NCBI GenBank assembly: GCA_012728375.1
Contig: JAAYFF010000025.1
Span: forward strand, 13,741-77,740
Length of the DNA stretch: 64,000 nucleotides
Direction: 5' to 3'
Source of the DNA: Bacillota bacterium
GTDB lineage: Bacteria > Bacillota > Dethiobacteria > DTU022 > UBA8154
Positions 56,154 through 64,000 of this stretch are shown piece by piece. The position numbers and the translations under genes were made by a program. The notes under the pieces were generated by a model. The model ran no database searches. It was not told the origin of the DNA and worked only from the letters and a program-made list of their open reading frames with translations. Every line of letters starts with the position of its first letter. Position 1 is the first letter of the stretch.

Positions 56154-56627
56154 ATGAGCAATTTAGCAGATGGAATTGAGGACTACTTGAAAAAGCTGCT
56201 TACCTTAAGCGCCTCCGGTTATATAGAGATTAAAAGAAAAGAACTGGCTGCAAAATTTTCCTGCGTTCCTTCCCAGGTAAATTATGTTTTGGAGACGCGT
56301 TTTACCATGGAAAGAGGTTTCCTTGTGGAGAGCAAAAGGGGCGGGAAAGGTTTTGTCAGCATTAAAAAATTAAACTTACCTGCTAAGAAGTTGCTGTCCA
56401 TGTTAATGCCGGAGATTCAGGAGGGGCGGATTAACGATAAAAAAGCAAAAATGCTCCTTAGAAAAATTTATGAAGAAAAATATATTTCCTTCCGGGAGCG
56501 AAAGCTTATGGAATCCGCTCTTGAAACACTTAATTATCTTGAAGAAGAATATATGCAGGCAAAGTTAAGGAGCCTGCTGCTTAGAAATATGTTGACTGTT
56601 TTAGCAGGACAGGTTCACTTTGATTGA
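56154..56627 (+). CDS. ctsR: Class III stress-gene transcriptional repressor CtsR
   Basis: MSNLADGIEDYLKKLL..GYIEIKRKELAAKFSCVPSQVNYVLETRFT is the CtsR winged-HTH N-terminus. 157 aa. Confidence 0.9.
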   Translation: MSNLADGIEDYLKKLLTLSASGYIEIKRKELAAKFSCVPSQVNYVLETRFTMERGFLVESKRGGKGFVSIKKLNLPAKKLLSMLMPEIQEGRINDKKAKMLLRKIYEEKYISFRERKLMESALETLNYLEEEYMQAKLRSLLLRNMLTVLAGQVHFD

Positions 56628-56752
56628 AGTTTGAATGAAGTTTGAAAACAGGGAAACAGGCAAAAGATTTTTGTCAATTTTTAACAAAGGGGGGAAAGCG
56701 GCGGTAGCGTGCAGCTCTCGTAAAATTGCACATTTATCGTCCGGAAAATAAA

Positions 56753-57304
56753 ATGCTATGTCAGTCTTGTGGCAAGAATAATGCTTCTGTGCATGTTACG
56801 CAAATAGTGAATGGGGAAAAGACAGAAGTTTATCTTTGTGAAGCTTGTGCCAGGGAAAAGGGTGAAATAATTGATTTCCCCTGGGAGGGAAAATTTCCTC
56901 TACACCAGTTTTTTTCAGGATTTATGGGGCTTGTTCCCCATGGAGGCGGGGGAACTGCCAAGAAGGCTGCTTCCAGTGGCTTGCAGTGCAGTGCTTGTGG
57001 TCTGACCCATGCACAATTCGGCCAAATCGGCCGCTTCGGCTGCAGCCGCTGTTATGAGGCTTTCGGTGAAGCACTGATTCCCCTTTTCCGTCGCCTGCAC
57101 GGAAACCCGAAACACATGGGGAAAATTCCTGCCAGGGCTGGAGCTGACGTAAAGATAAAAAAGGAAATTGAACGTTTGCGGCAGGAGTTGCAGAAAAAAA
57201 TTGCGGAAGAAGCCTTTGAAGAGGCGGCGCAAATAAGAGACGAAATCCGCAGGCTGGAAAGCGGCGGCCGTCGTTTGGGAGGTGGTAGCTTTGAGCAGCG
57301 ATAA
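56753..57304 (+). CDS. mcsA: Protein-arginine kinase activator McsA (zinc-finger + UVR domain)
   Basis: MLCQSCGKN...CEAC and CSACG...CSRC Cys pairs, plus a C-terminal UVR motif FEEAAQIRDEIRRLE. ATG 56753 is preferred over track TTG 56726. Confidence 0.8.
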   Translation: MLCQSCGKNNASVHVTQIVNGEKTEVYLCEACAREKGEIIDFPWEGKFPLHQFFSGFMGLVPHGGGGTAKKAASSGLQCSACGLTHAQFGQIGRFGCSRCYEAFGEALIPLFRRLHGNPKHMGKIPARAGADVKIKKEIERLRQELQKKIAEEAFEEAAQIRDEIRRLESGGRRLGGGSFEQR

Positions 57305-58448
57305 CCATGAAAAGCATGAAGAAAAACAAACTTTTTCCGGTAAAAGTTCCCTGGAAGAAATTGTTCGTCAAAACAAAGAACTGGAGGAGCAGGAGGAAGA
57401 GCGAAGAAAAGAGCTGTACAGTCGATGGATGGAGGGGACGGGGCCTGACGCGGAATTCGTCATCAGTACACGGGTAAGGTTGGCTAGAAATATTTGCAAT
57501 TTCCCCTTTCCCTCCCTCGCTTCAGATGAGCAGCTGGAGAAAATTTTCGGGATGGTAGAGAGGACCTTCCGGGAGCATCAGGATAAATTGCCCGGGTTTC
57601 GTTTCCTTAATATTCATGCACTTCCACCTGTGTACCGGCAGGTACTGGTGGAAAAACATTTAATCAGTCCGCTGCTTACCAAAGAGACATATGCCCGGGC
57701 CCTTGCTGTTGCGGAGGACGAGGTAGTCAGCTTTATGGTTAACGAGGAAGATCATTTTCGCATTCAATGCATTCTACCGGGCTTACAACTGGAACAGGCA
57801 TGGCTCACAGCTTCGCGGTATGATGATCTTCTTGAATCCCAGGTGGATTACGCTTTTCATGAAGAATTAGGCTTTTTGACAGCTTGTCCTACCAATGTGG
57901 GAACAGGTTTGAGGGTATCGGTAATGCTGCACCTTCCTGCGCTGGTAATCACCAGAAGAATTAACCATATTTTAGCTGCCGTCAACCAGGTGAGTCTCGC
58001 TGTACGAGGTTTGTATGGAGAAGGAACGGAGATGACCGGAAATTTGTTCCAGATTTCCAACCAAATTACCCTGGGGCAATCGGAAGAAGAAATTTGGCAG
58101 AACCTTTATGGTGTGACGAGACAGCTGATTAATCAAGAGAAGAAGGCCAGGGAACAGCTGCTCAATGAAGGAAGAGAGAAGCTGGAGGACCGGGCCGGCA
58201 GGGCTTTCGGTATTCTCCTGCACGCGCGGCTTCTCACTTCGCAGGAAGCAATGCAGCTTCTTTCGGATGTTCGCCTCGGAGTAGATCTGGGGCTTATCAA
58301 AAAAATTCCCACCAGAGTATTAAACGAGCTTTTGGTAGTCACCCGACCCGGATGCTTGCAGTATCTCAAGGGAAGGCCTCTAAATGCTTATGAACGTGAT
58401 TTGGAAAGAGCGGTTCAGATACAAAAAATTTTACAAGACTACAAATAA
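57291..58448 (+). CDS. mcsB: Protein arginine kinase McsB
   Basis: Phosphagen-kinase-like domain ([18 protein letters not shown]). TTG 57291 with GGGAGGTGG RBS overlaps the mcsA stop. The track start is GTG 57282. Confidence 0.9.
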   Translation: MSSDNHEKHEEKQTFSGKSSLEEIVRQNKELEEQEEERRKELYSRWMEGTGPDAEFVISTRVRLARNICNFPFPSLASDEQLEKIFGMVERTFREHQDKLPGFRFLNIHALPPVYRQVLVEKHLISPLLTKETYARALAVAEDEVVSFMVNEEDHFRIQCILPGLQLEQAWLTASRYDDLLESQVDYAFHEELGFLTACPTNVGTGLRVSVMLHLPALVITRRINHILAAVNQVSLAVRGLYGEGTEMTGNLFQISNQITLGQSEEEIWQNLYGVTRQLINQEKKAREQLLNEGREKLEDRAGRAFGILLHARLLTSQEAMQLLSDVRLGVDLGLIKKIPTRVLNELLVVTRPGCLQYLKGRPLNAYERDLERAVQIQKILQDYK

Positions 58449-58468
58449 GAGGAAAGGAGTGCAAGGAA

Positions 58469-60949
58469 ATGTTTATGTTCGGAAGGTTTACTGAAAGGGC
58501 GCAACAGGTTTTGGTGTTGGCCCAGGAGGAAGCAAAAAGGTTAAATCATAACTTTATCGGAACAGAACATATTCTCCTGGGACTTATCCGGGAGGGTTCA
58601 GGTATCGCCTCCAGGGCTTTGCAAAATATGGGCATTGAGTCGTCCCGGATCCGTTCCGAGATAGAGAAAATTACAGGTAAAGGTGATAAAGGTATTATTC
58701 AAGGGATCAGCTATACACCCAGGGCAAAAAAAGTAATCGAACTGGCCATCGAAGAAGGACAAAATTTTGGGCATAATTATGTAGGAACCGAACATCTCCT
58801 GCTGGGCCTCCTGCGGGAGGGAGAAGGGATTGCCGCCCAGGTGCTGACCAATATGGGTATTGACTTAAAGAAGACCAGGCGGGAGGTGATTCAGCTCCTC
58901 GGAGGTGAACCGCAAATTGGAGGGGGACCTGTAGGAAAAAACGTTCCCCAAACCCCCACAGTTGATGCCTTTGGGCGCGACCTTACCAAACTGGGCAAGG
59001 AAGGAAAACTGGACCCTGTTGTCGGCCGCGATCAGGAAATAGAAAGGGTAATCCAGATCTTAAGCCGCCGGACGAAGAATAACCCGGTTTTAATAGGGGA
59101 ACCGGGGGTCGGAAAGACGGCGATTGTTGAAGGGCTGGCCCAGAGAATAACCGAGGGCAACGTTCCTGATATCCTGCTGGAAAAAAGAGTGGTTACCCTG
59201 GAGCTGGCTGCAGTTGTGGCCGGAACAAAGTATCGGGGTGAATTTGAAGAGCGCCTGCGCAAATTAATGGTTGAGCTTCAGCAGGCCGGAAATGTAATTA
59301 TTTTTATTGACGAGCTGCATACCATTATCGGGGCCGGTGCAGCCGAGGGAGCGATTGACGCCTCCAATATCCTTAAACCGGCCCTGGCCAAAGGGGAACT
59401 TCAAGCGATTGGGGCGACCACCCTGGATGAATACAGGAAATATATTGAAAGGGACCCTGCACTGGAGAGGCGTTTCCAGCCCATAGTCGTAGGGGAACCT
59501 TCTGTAGAAGAGAGTTTGGAGATTCTCAAAGGGCTGCGCGATCGCTACGAAGCTCATCACCGGGTTAAAATTACCGATGAAGCTCTGGAAGCTGCAGTAA
59601 AGCTGGCCGACCGGTATATACAAGACCGTTTTTTGCCGGATAAAGCAATTGACCTCGTTGACGAAGCGGCTTCCAGGGTCAGGCTCCGCAATTATACAGC
59701 GCCTCCTGATTTGAAGGAGATGGAGGAAAAATTGGAAAATATACGGCAAGAAAAAGAGGCCGCGGTCCGGAGCCAGGATTTTGAGCATGCAGCCCAGCTG
59801 CGGGATAAAGAACAGCAGTTTAAAGCCAGGCTGATGGAGCTGAAGAAAGAATGGGAACAAAAAAAGGTTGTTTCCGATCAAGCGGTTGTAACTGAGGATG
59901 ACATTTCGCATATTGTTTCCAGCTGGACCGGAATTCCGGTGAAAAAACTGGCTGAAGAAGAGTCGGAGCGCCTGCTTCGCATGGAGGAAATTTTACACCA
60001 GCGCGTTATTGGTCAGCATGAAGCGGTGCAGGCTGTCTCCCGGGCAATCCGGCGCGGCAGGGCGGGTCTGAAAGACCCCAAGCGGCCGATAGGCTCCTTT
60101 ATTTTCCTGGGTCCCACCGGAGTGGGTAAGACAGAGCTGGCCCGCAGTCTGGCCGAGGCGATTTTCGGTGATGAGGATGCCATGATTCGTTTGGATATGT
60201 CCGAGTATATGGAAAAGCATACCACTGCCCGCTTAATCGGAGCGCCCCCGGGATATGTGGGGTACGAAGAAGGAGGTCAACTGACCGAAAAAGTGCGGCG
60301 CAAACCCTACAGCGTCATCCTGCTGGATGAAATTGAAAAAGCCCACCCCGATGTTTTTAACATCCTGCTGCAAATTTTGGAAGACGGCCGTTTGACGGAC
60401 GGAAAGGGGCGGACGGTAAACTTCCGCAATGCAGTGATCATTATGACTTCCAACGTTGGGGCAAACCTTATCAAAAAACAGCCGACAATGGGCTTTCAGC
60501 CGGACGATGTGGAAAAAAGCTATGAAGACATGAAGGGCAGACTGCTGGAGGAACTAAAAAGGACTTTTCGCCCTGAATTTCTAAACAGGGTTGACGATCT
60601 CATTGTCTTTAAACCCCTGACTAAAGAAGAAATTGCTCAGATTGTGGACCTGATGCTCGCCGATCTTTCCAAGCGTATTGCCGATTACGGCTTACAGCTT
60701 GACGTATCCGCAGAGGCTAAGGAGCTTCTGGCGCGGGAGGGGTTTGACCCCACCTATGGTGCCCGCCCCTTAAGGCGTGTAATCCAAAAAAGGCTGGAAG
60801 ACGGAATTTCCGAGGAGTTGTTGAGAGGAACGTTTACAGCCGGCGATACAATCAGCGTGGAGAAAGAAAAAGAAGAAGAGAAGCTGGCTTTTATTAAAAA
60901 AGGTGCGAAAAAGGAAGAACCTGCAACAAACTCTCCTGAAACAGCATAA
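58469..60949 (+). CDS. clpC: ATP-dependent Clp protease ATP-binding subunit ClpC
   Basis: [15 protein letters not shown]. Two Clp_N repeats, two AAA+ modules ([16 protein letters not shown]), and a UVR motif in the linker. 826 aa. Confidence 0.95.
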   Translation: MFMFGRFTERAQQVLVLAQEEAKRLNHNFIGTEHILLGLIREGSGIASRALQNMGIESSRIRSEIEKITGKGDKGIIQGISYTPRAKKVIELAIEEGQNFGHNYVGTEHLLLGLLREGEGIAAQVLTNMGIDLKKTRREVIQLLGGEPQIGGGPVGKNVPQTPTVDAFGRDLTKLGKEGKLDPVVGRDQEIERVIQILSRRTKNNPVLIGEPGVGKTAIVEGLAQRITEGNVPDILLEKRVVTLELAAVVAGTKYRGEFEERLRKLMVELQQAGNVIIFIDELHTIIGAGAAEGAIDASNILKPALAKGELQAIGATTLDEYRKYIERDPALERRFQPIVVGEPSVEESLEILKGLRDRYEAHHRVKITDEALEAAVKLADRYIQDRFLPDKAIDLVDEAASRVRLRNYTAPPDLKEMEEKLENIRQEKEAAVRSQDFEHAAQLRDKEQQFKARLMELKKEWEQKKVVSDQAVVTEDDISHIVSSWTGIPVKKLAEEESERLLRMEEILHQRVIGQHEAVQAVSRAIRRGRAGLKDPKRPIGSFIFLGPTGVGKTELARSLAEAIFGDEDAMIRLDMSEYMEKHTTARLIGAPPGYVGYEEGGQLTEKVRRKPYSVILLDEIEKAHPDVFNILLQILEDGRLTDGKGRTVNFRNAVIIMTSNVGANLIKKQPTMGFQPDDVEKSYEDMKGRLLEELKRTFRPEFLNRVDDLIVFKPLTKEEIAQIVDLMLADLSKRIADYGLQLDVSAEAKELLAREGFDPTYGARPLRRVIQKRLEDGISEELLRGTFTAGDTISVEKEKEEEKLAFIKKGAKKEEPATNSPETA

Positions 60950-60960
60950 TGAAACAGCCG

Positions 60961-60993
60961 CCCTTTAAGATCCCGCAAGGGGTCTTTTTTTTT
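60961..60993 (+). terminator. Rho-independent terminator AAGATCCC-GCAA-GGGGTCTT + T9
   Basis: 8-bp stem with one G.U wobble, a GNRA loop, and then TTTTTTTTT. Confidence 0.7.
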
Positions 60994-61088
60994 AAAAAAA
61001 CCGGTGCAGGAATAAAAATGACCCGTAGCGAAATAGCTACCAAAACAAAATCCTGTGAACTTATTTTCAGGTTAGGAGGCTGGCGCTG

Positions 61089-63302
61089 ATGCCCATCTGT
61101 CGGGCAGGAAAGAATAAATGGGAAAATTCTTTTGACAAAATATATGAATGGGTAATAGAATGTTCCCGGCCTCCTCTGGCGCTTTTTCAAAAAGCCTATA
61201 ACGGCGTTGTTGCCGCTATCTGCTCTGCTAAGTACGAGCTTCGCCGATCGCTCTTAACCTTTGGGCAGGATTATCCCGTCAGCTTCCCTGAAACGGATTA
61301 TTATTTACCTGTCATAAGGAGTTTAAGCGGTGAAAAAGTGACCAGGCTGGGTGAACTGGCTCCCATCTTAGACCGTGTCCGAAGCCGGATAAAAAAAGAG
61401 CTAAACTTCGGTAACGCACTTCTTTGTGGGGAGGCTACCGCTTATGCCGAGGAAATTGTGGAAGCTCTCCGCTGCCTAAATGGCAGGGATGCCCGGACCG
61501 GTGTTGGAGCGCGTTTCCCCGGCGACTCTCTTTTGCGCAGCTGTGGGATTCTTCTGGCCGATTGGAGCATTCCCGGTCAAGCTATCCTGATGGGCAAGGC
61601 GAAGTCAGCCGAATTATTGCAGAAGGTGGTTGCTGACCTGCAGGCTAAAGGCTTCCTTATTTTCCTGGCCGGCGAGGTGGCAGAACAGGCTGTTGAAGCC
61701 GGAATTAAGCTGGGCGAAGATTATCTGACCTTTGCCCTGGGCGGATTAACAGGTGCGGTTCACGCTCTGGGCTTTGCTCTGCGGGTCGGGCTTGCTTTCG
61801 GCGGGATTGCACCGGGAGCAAGGGATGAACAGCGCGATTACCAGTGGCGCAGGATCAGGGCCTTTGTCCTGCATTTCGGCCAAAGGGATGATCTATGTGT
61901 GGCCAATCACTTTGCCGCTATTTTTCTCGGGTTCCCTGTCCTGGCAGATCACAAACTTCCCGGGGACGAACAGATTCCTGACTGGTACATTTCACATCCC
62001 TATTATGATACTCTTATCCGCAAGGCTATGGAAGTGCGGGGGATTAAACTTAAAATTGCCCATATTCCCGTCCCCTTTGCCGTTTCTTACGCCTTTGAAG
62101 GGGAAGCGATCCGGGAGGAAGAGATGTACCTGGAGCTCGGAGGCAGCCGCGCACCTTTCTTCGAATTGGTGACAATGGTTGACGAAAGCGGGATCGAGGA
62201 CGGCAAAGCGGAGGTGATTGGCCCTGATGTGGACAGGGTTGAGGAAGGGGTAACCTTAGGCGGCGGCATCTGCGTAAAGGTTTACGGCCGCAGGATGCAG
62301 AAAGACTTTGAAGCGGTGATCGAGCGGCGCATCCATGAGTTTATCAATTGGGGCCAAGGCCTCCGGCATGAAGGGCAGCGCGATGCCTGCCGCTACCGGG
62401 TCAGCAGGGATTGCGTAGCCAGGGGCTTTAAATTCCGCCACTACGGGGAACTTCTCATTGCCAGGATCAAAGAGGTTTTTTCGGAGATTGTTGATCGCGT
62501 TCAGGTAACCGTTTATACTGATCCCAAAGCTGCAAAGGAAAAACTTGAAGAGGCAAGGGGGATTTACGCCGCGCGGGACGCCAGGCTGGCAGGACTCACC
62601 GATGAATCGGTGGAGGTTTTTTATTCCTGTGCCATCTGTCAGTCTCTTGCTCCCAACCATATCTGCATTATTACACCGGAACGCCCCGGACTTTGCGGTG
62701 CTGTAAGCTGGCTGGACGCCAAAGTTTCCTTTGAGCTCAACCCCGCGGGCCCCCACCGTTTGATCGGGAAACAAGGGCTGATTGACGCAGAAAAAGGAAT
62801 CTGGAAAAGTATAAACGATTTTGTCTTTCAAAATAGTAATGGTACTGTTAAAACCTGTTCCTTGTATTCCTTTCTCGATCATCCCACGACCTCCTGCGGA
62901 TTTTTTGAGTGCATTACGGGGATTGTGCCCGAAGCCAACGGCGTGATGATTACCACGAGGGAGCACCGGGGAATGACCCCCTGCGGGATGGATTTTTCCA
63001 CCCTGGCCGGTTTTGTGGGCAATGGCGTCCAGACCCCGGGCTTTATGGGGCATGGCAAGGACTATATTTTAAGTAAAAAATTTATCAGGGCAGACGGGGG
63101 ATTGGCCCGTGTCGTCTGGATGCCCTGTGAACTTAAAGGCCGCCTGGGTGACGGCCTGCGCAGAGCTGCCGTATCCCAGGGCCTGGGGACCGGTTTTGTT
63201 GATAAGATTGCCGATGAGGCTGTCGGTGCAACCGTTGCGGAAATCCTGCCTTTTTTAAAGGAGAAAGGTCATCCCGCGCTGAGAATGAAGCCTTTAATAT
63301 AA
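61089..63302 (+). CDS. acsB: CO-methylating acetyl-CoA synthase catalytic subunit (ACS, A-cluster protein)
   Basis: The whole 737 aa is colinear with Moorella-type AcsB (…ETDYYLPVIRSLSG…, FYSCAICQSLAPNHICIITPERPGLCGAVSWLDAK, …TSCG…, GHPALRMKPLI). AGGAGG RBS is 9 nt upstream. Confidence 0.9.
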   Translation: MPICRAGKNKWENSFDKIYEWVIECSRPPLALFQKAYNGVVAAICSAKYELRRSLLTFGQDYPVSFPETDYYLPVIRSLSGEKVTRLGELAPILDRVRSRIKKELNFGNALLCGEATAYAEEIVEALRCLNGRDARTGVGARFPGDSLLRSCGILLADWSIPGQAILMGKAKSAELLQKVVADLQAKGFLIFLAGEVAEQAVEAGIKLGEDYLTFALGGLTGAVHALGFALRVGLAFGGIAPGARDEQRDYQWRRIRAFVLHFGQRDDLCVANHFAAIFLGFPVLADHKLPGDEQIPDWYISHPYYDTLIRKAMEVRGIKLKIAHIPVPFAVSYAFEGEAIREEEMYLELGGSRAPFFELVTMVDESGIEDGKAEVIGPDVDRVEEGVTLGGGICVKVYGRRMQKDFEAVIERRIHEFINWGQGLRHEGQRDACRYRVSRDCVARGFKFRHYGELLIARIKEVFSEIVDRVQVTVYTDPKAAKEKLEEARGIYAARDARLAGLTDESVEVFYSCAICQSLAPNHICIITPERPGLCGAVSWLDAKVSFELNPAGPHRLIGKQGLIDAEKGIWKSINDFVFQNSNGTVKTCSLYSFLDHPTTSCGFFECITGIVPEANGVMITTREHRGMTPCGMDFSTLAGFVGNGVQTPGFMGHGKDYILSKKFIRADGGLARVVWMPCELKGRLGDGLRRAAVSQGLGTGFVDKIADEAVGATVAEILPFLKEKGHPALRMKPLI

Positions 63303-63321
63303 TTGGAAAGAGAGGAAAAAA

Positions 63322-64000
63322 ATGGCTTTAACAGGATTGGATATTTTCAAGCTTCTGCCCAAGACCAACTGTAAAAAGTGCGGCTATCTTACCTGCCTTG
63401 CCTTTGCGATGGCTTTGGCAAACGGCAAGTCTTCTGTTGACGCCTGCCCGGAGCTTTCAGCGGAGGCGAGGGAAACGCTTTCTTCCGCTGCTGAACCCCC
63501 CATCAGATCGGTTAACATCGGCAGCGGGGAAAAGATTGTGAAAGTGGGCGGCGAAACGGAGCTTTTCCGCCATGATAAGCGCTTTAACCATCCTGTGGCG
63601 ATCGCTGTTGCTGTCAACGATAACGAAGATGTGGAGGCAAAGATAGATAAAATTAACAGCCTTTCCTTTGAGCGGGTCGGCCAGCATTATGAAGTAGATA
63701 TGGTTGCCCTTATGAACACCTCCGGCGATGCTGCCGTTTTTAAAGAAGCAGCTGTGAAGGCCGCGGCCGGGACGGATAAAAACTTTATCCTGGTTACCCG
63801 TGACACCTTAGCCATGGAAGCAGCCCTCCAGGTTCTCGGCCCTCGAAAACCGCTTCTTTATGCGGCAGATGGGGATAATTATGCGGAGATGACCGAACTG
63901 GCCAAAGCGCATGGTTGTGCCCTCGCCGTGAGAGCCGGGGACCTTCATGCCCTTGCCGAACTGACGGCAAAGGTTATTGCCCTGGGATACCGTGAATTGG
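63322..64000 (+). CDS. acsC: Corrinoid iron-sulfur protein large subunit (CFeSP gamma), 3' end outside window
   Basis: MALTGLDIFKLLPKTNCKKCGYLTCLAFAMALANGK is the N-terminal 4Fe-4S motif of AcsC. The ORF is open to the end of the window. Confidence 0.85.
   Translation, partial: MALTGLDIFKLLPKTNCKKCGYLTCLAFAMALANGKSSVDACPELSAEARETLSSAAEPPIRSVNIGSGEKIVKVGGETELFRHDKRFNHPVAIAVAVNDNEDVEAKIDKINSLSFERVGQHYEVDMVALMNTSGDAAVFKEAAVKAAAGTDKNFILVTRDTLAMEAALQVLGPRKPLLYAADGDNYAEMTELAKAHGCALAVRAGDLHALAELTAKVIALGYREL

Noticed and set aside
56628-56752. Tandem short repeats (AGTTTGAA x2, AACAGG x2) in the 125-nt ctsR-mcsA spacer as a possible regulatory element or sRNA
   Set aside because: The repeats are very short and lie in AT-rich spacer DNA; chance occurrence is likely. 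There is no terminator or promoter signature.
1-64000. CRISPR arrays, IS elements/transposases, integrases, prophage or toxin-antitoxin modules
   Set aside because: No direct-repeat/spacer periodicity, no transposase- or integrase-like ORFs and no terminal inverted repeats were seen. The window looks like core chromosome.

Overview
This is a 64-kb chromosomal window with about 49% GC from a Gram-positive, spore-forming, strictly anaerobic Firmicute. The Peptococcaceae / Desulfotomaculum-Pelotomaculum-type assignment is inferred from gene content: SpoIVFB-like, CtsR-McsAB-ClpC, RnfCDGEAB and Wood-Ljungdahl acsB/acsC. Coding density is high (about 90%) and almost every gene is recognisable. I found no rRNA, tRNA, CRISPR array, IS element or prophage.

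Gene content in order:
- hisG (partial, 5' end outside the window)
- a YqeC::MocA-like fusion
- a sigma-54 PrpR-like activator, followed by a thiolase/hbd/acyl-CoA dehydrogenase/crotonase cassette behind a near-perfect -24/-12 promoter
- gatCAB
- a 4Fe-4S protein and a DRG-like TGS GTPase
- a large secreted S8 subtilase carrying a C-terminal dockerin
- rnfCDGEAB with moaC, apbE and a Gx-transporter family gene
- maf-radC-mreBCD-mrdA-rodA followed by spoIVFA/spoIVFB-like genes, with no minCDE
- proA
- a conserved radical-SAM (TIGR03960) + TIGR03936 + RNase G trio and an orphan NrdG-like activase
- serC-aspC
- an orphan CoxE-type VWA protein
- nifZ-like cysteine desulfurase, thiI and nfu
- pgcA
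- trxB-trxA
- a split NHEJ module (ku, ligD ligase domain, ligD polymerase domain)
- an M24 peptidase and mgtC
- a small Cys-rich ORF
- ctsR-mcsA-mcsB-clpC with a textbook CtsR operator
- acsB and acsC (partial) at the right edge

The points most worth a second look are:
1. A 19-bp element, TTAAAAAA(G/A)TGGACATGA, occurs both upstream of the sigma-54 activator gene and between the sigma-54 promoter and its target operon.
2. In the otherwise conserved AcsB, the A-cluster Cys-Gly-Cys Ni-binding motif reads Cys-Gly-Phe.
3. serC and nfu share a GTCAT-(N)-CTAACTTAGCGG-(N)-CAAGG upstream module.
4. The conserved radC N-terminus is in frame upstream of the first ATG but has no canonical start codon.
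5. There is a YqeC::MocA fusion.
6. There is a DRG-like GTPase, a family that is rare in bacteria.
7. The subtilase carries a dockerin.

All calls come from reading the translated ORFs and the DNA directly. I ran no database search.
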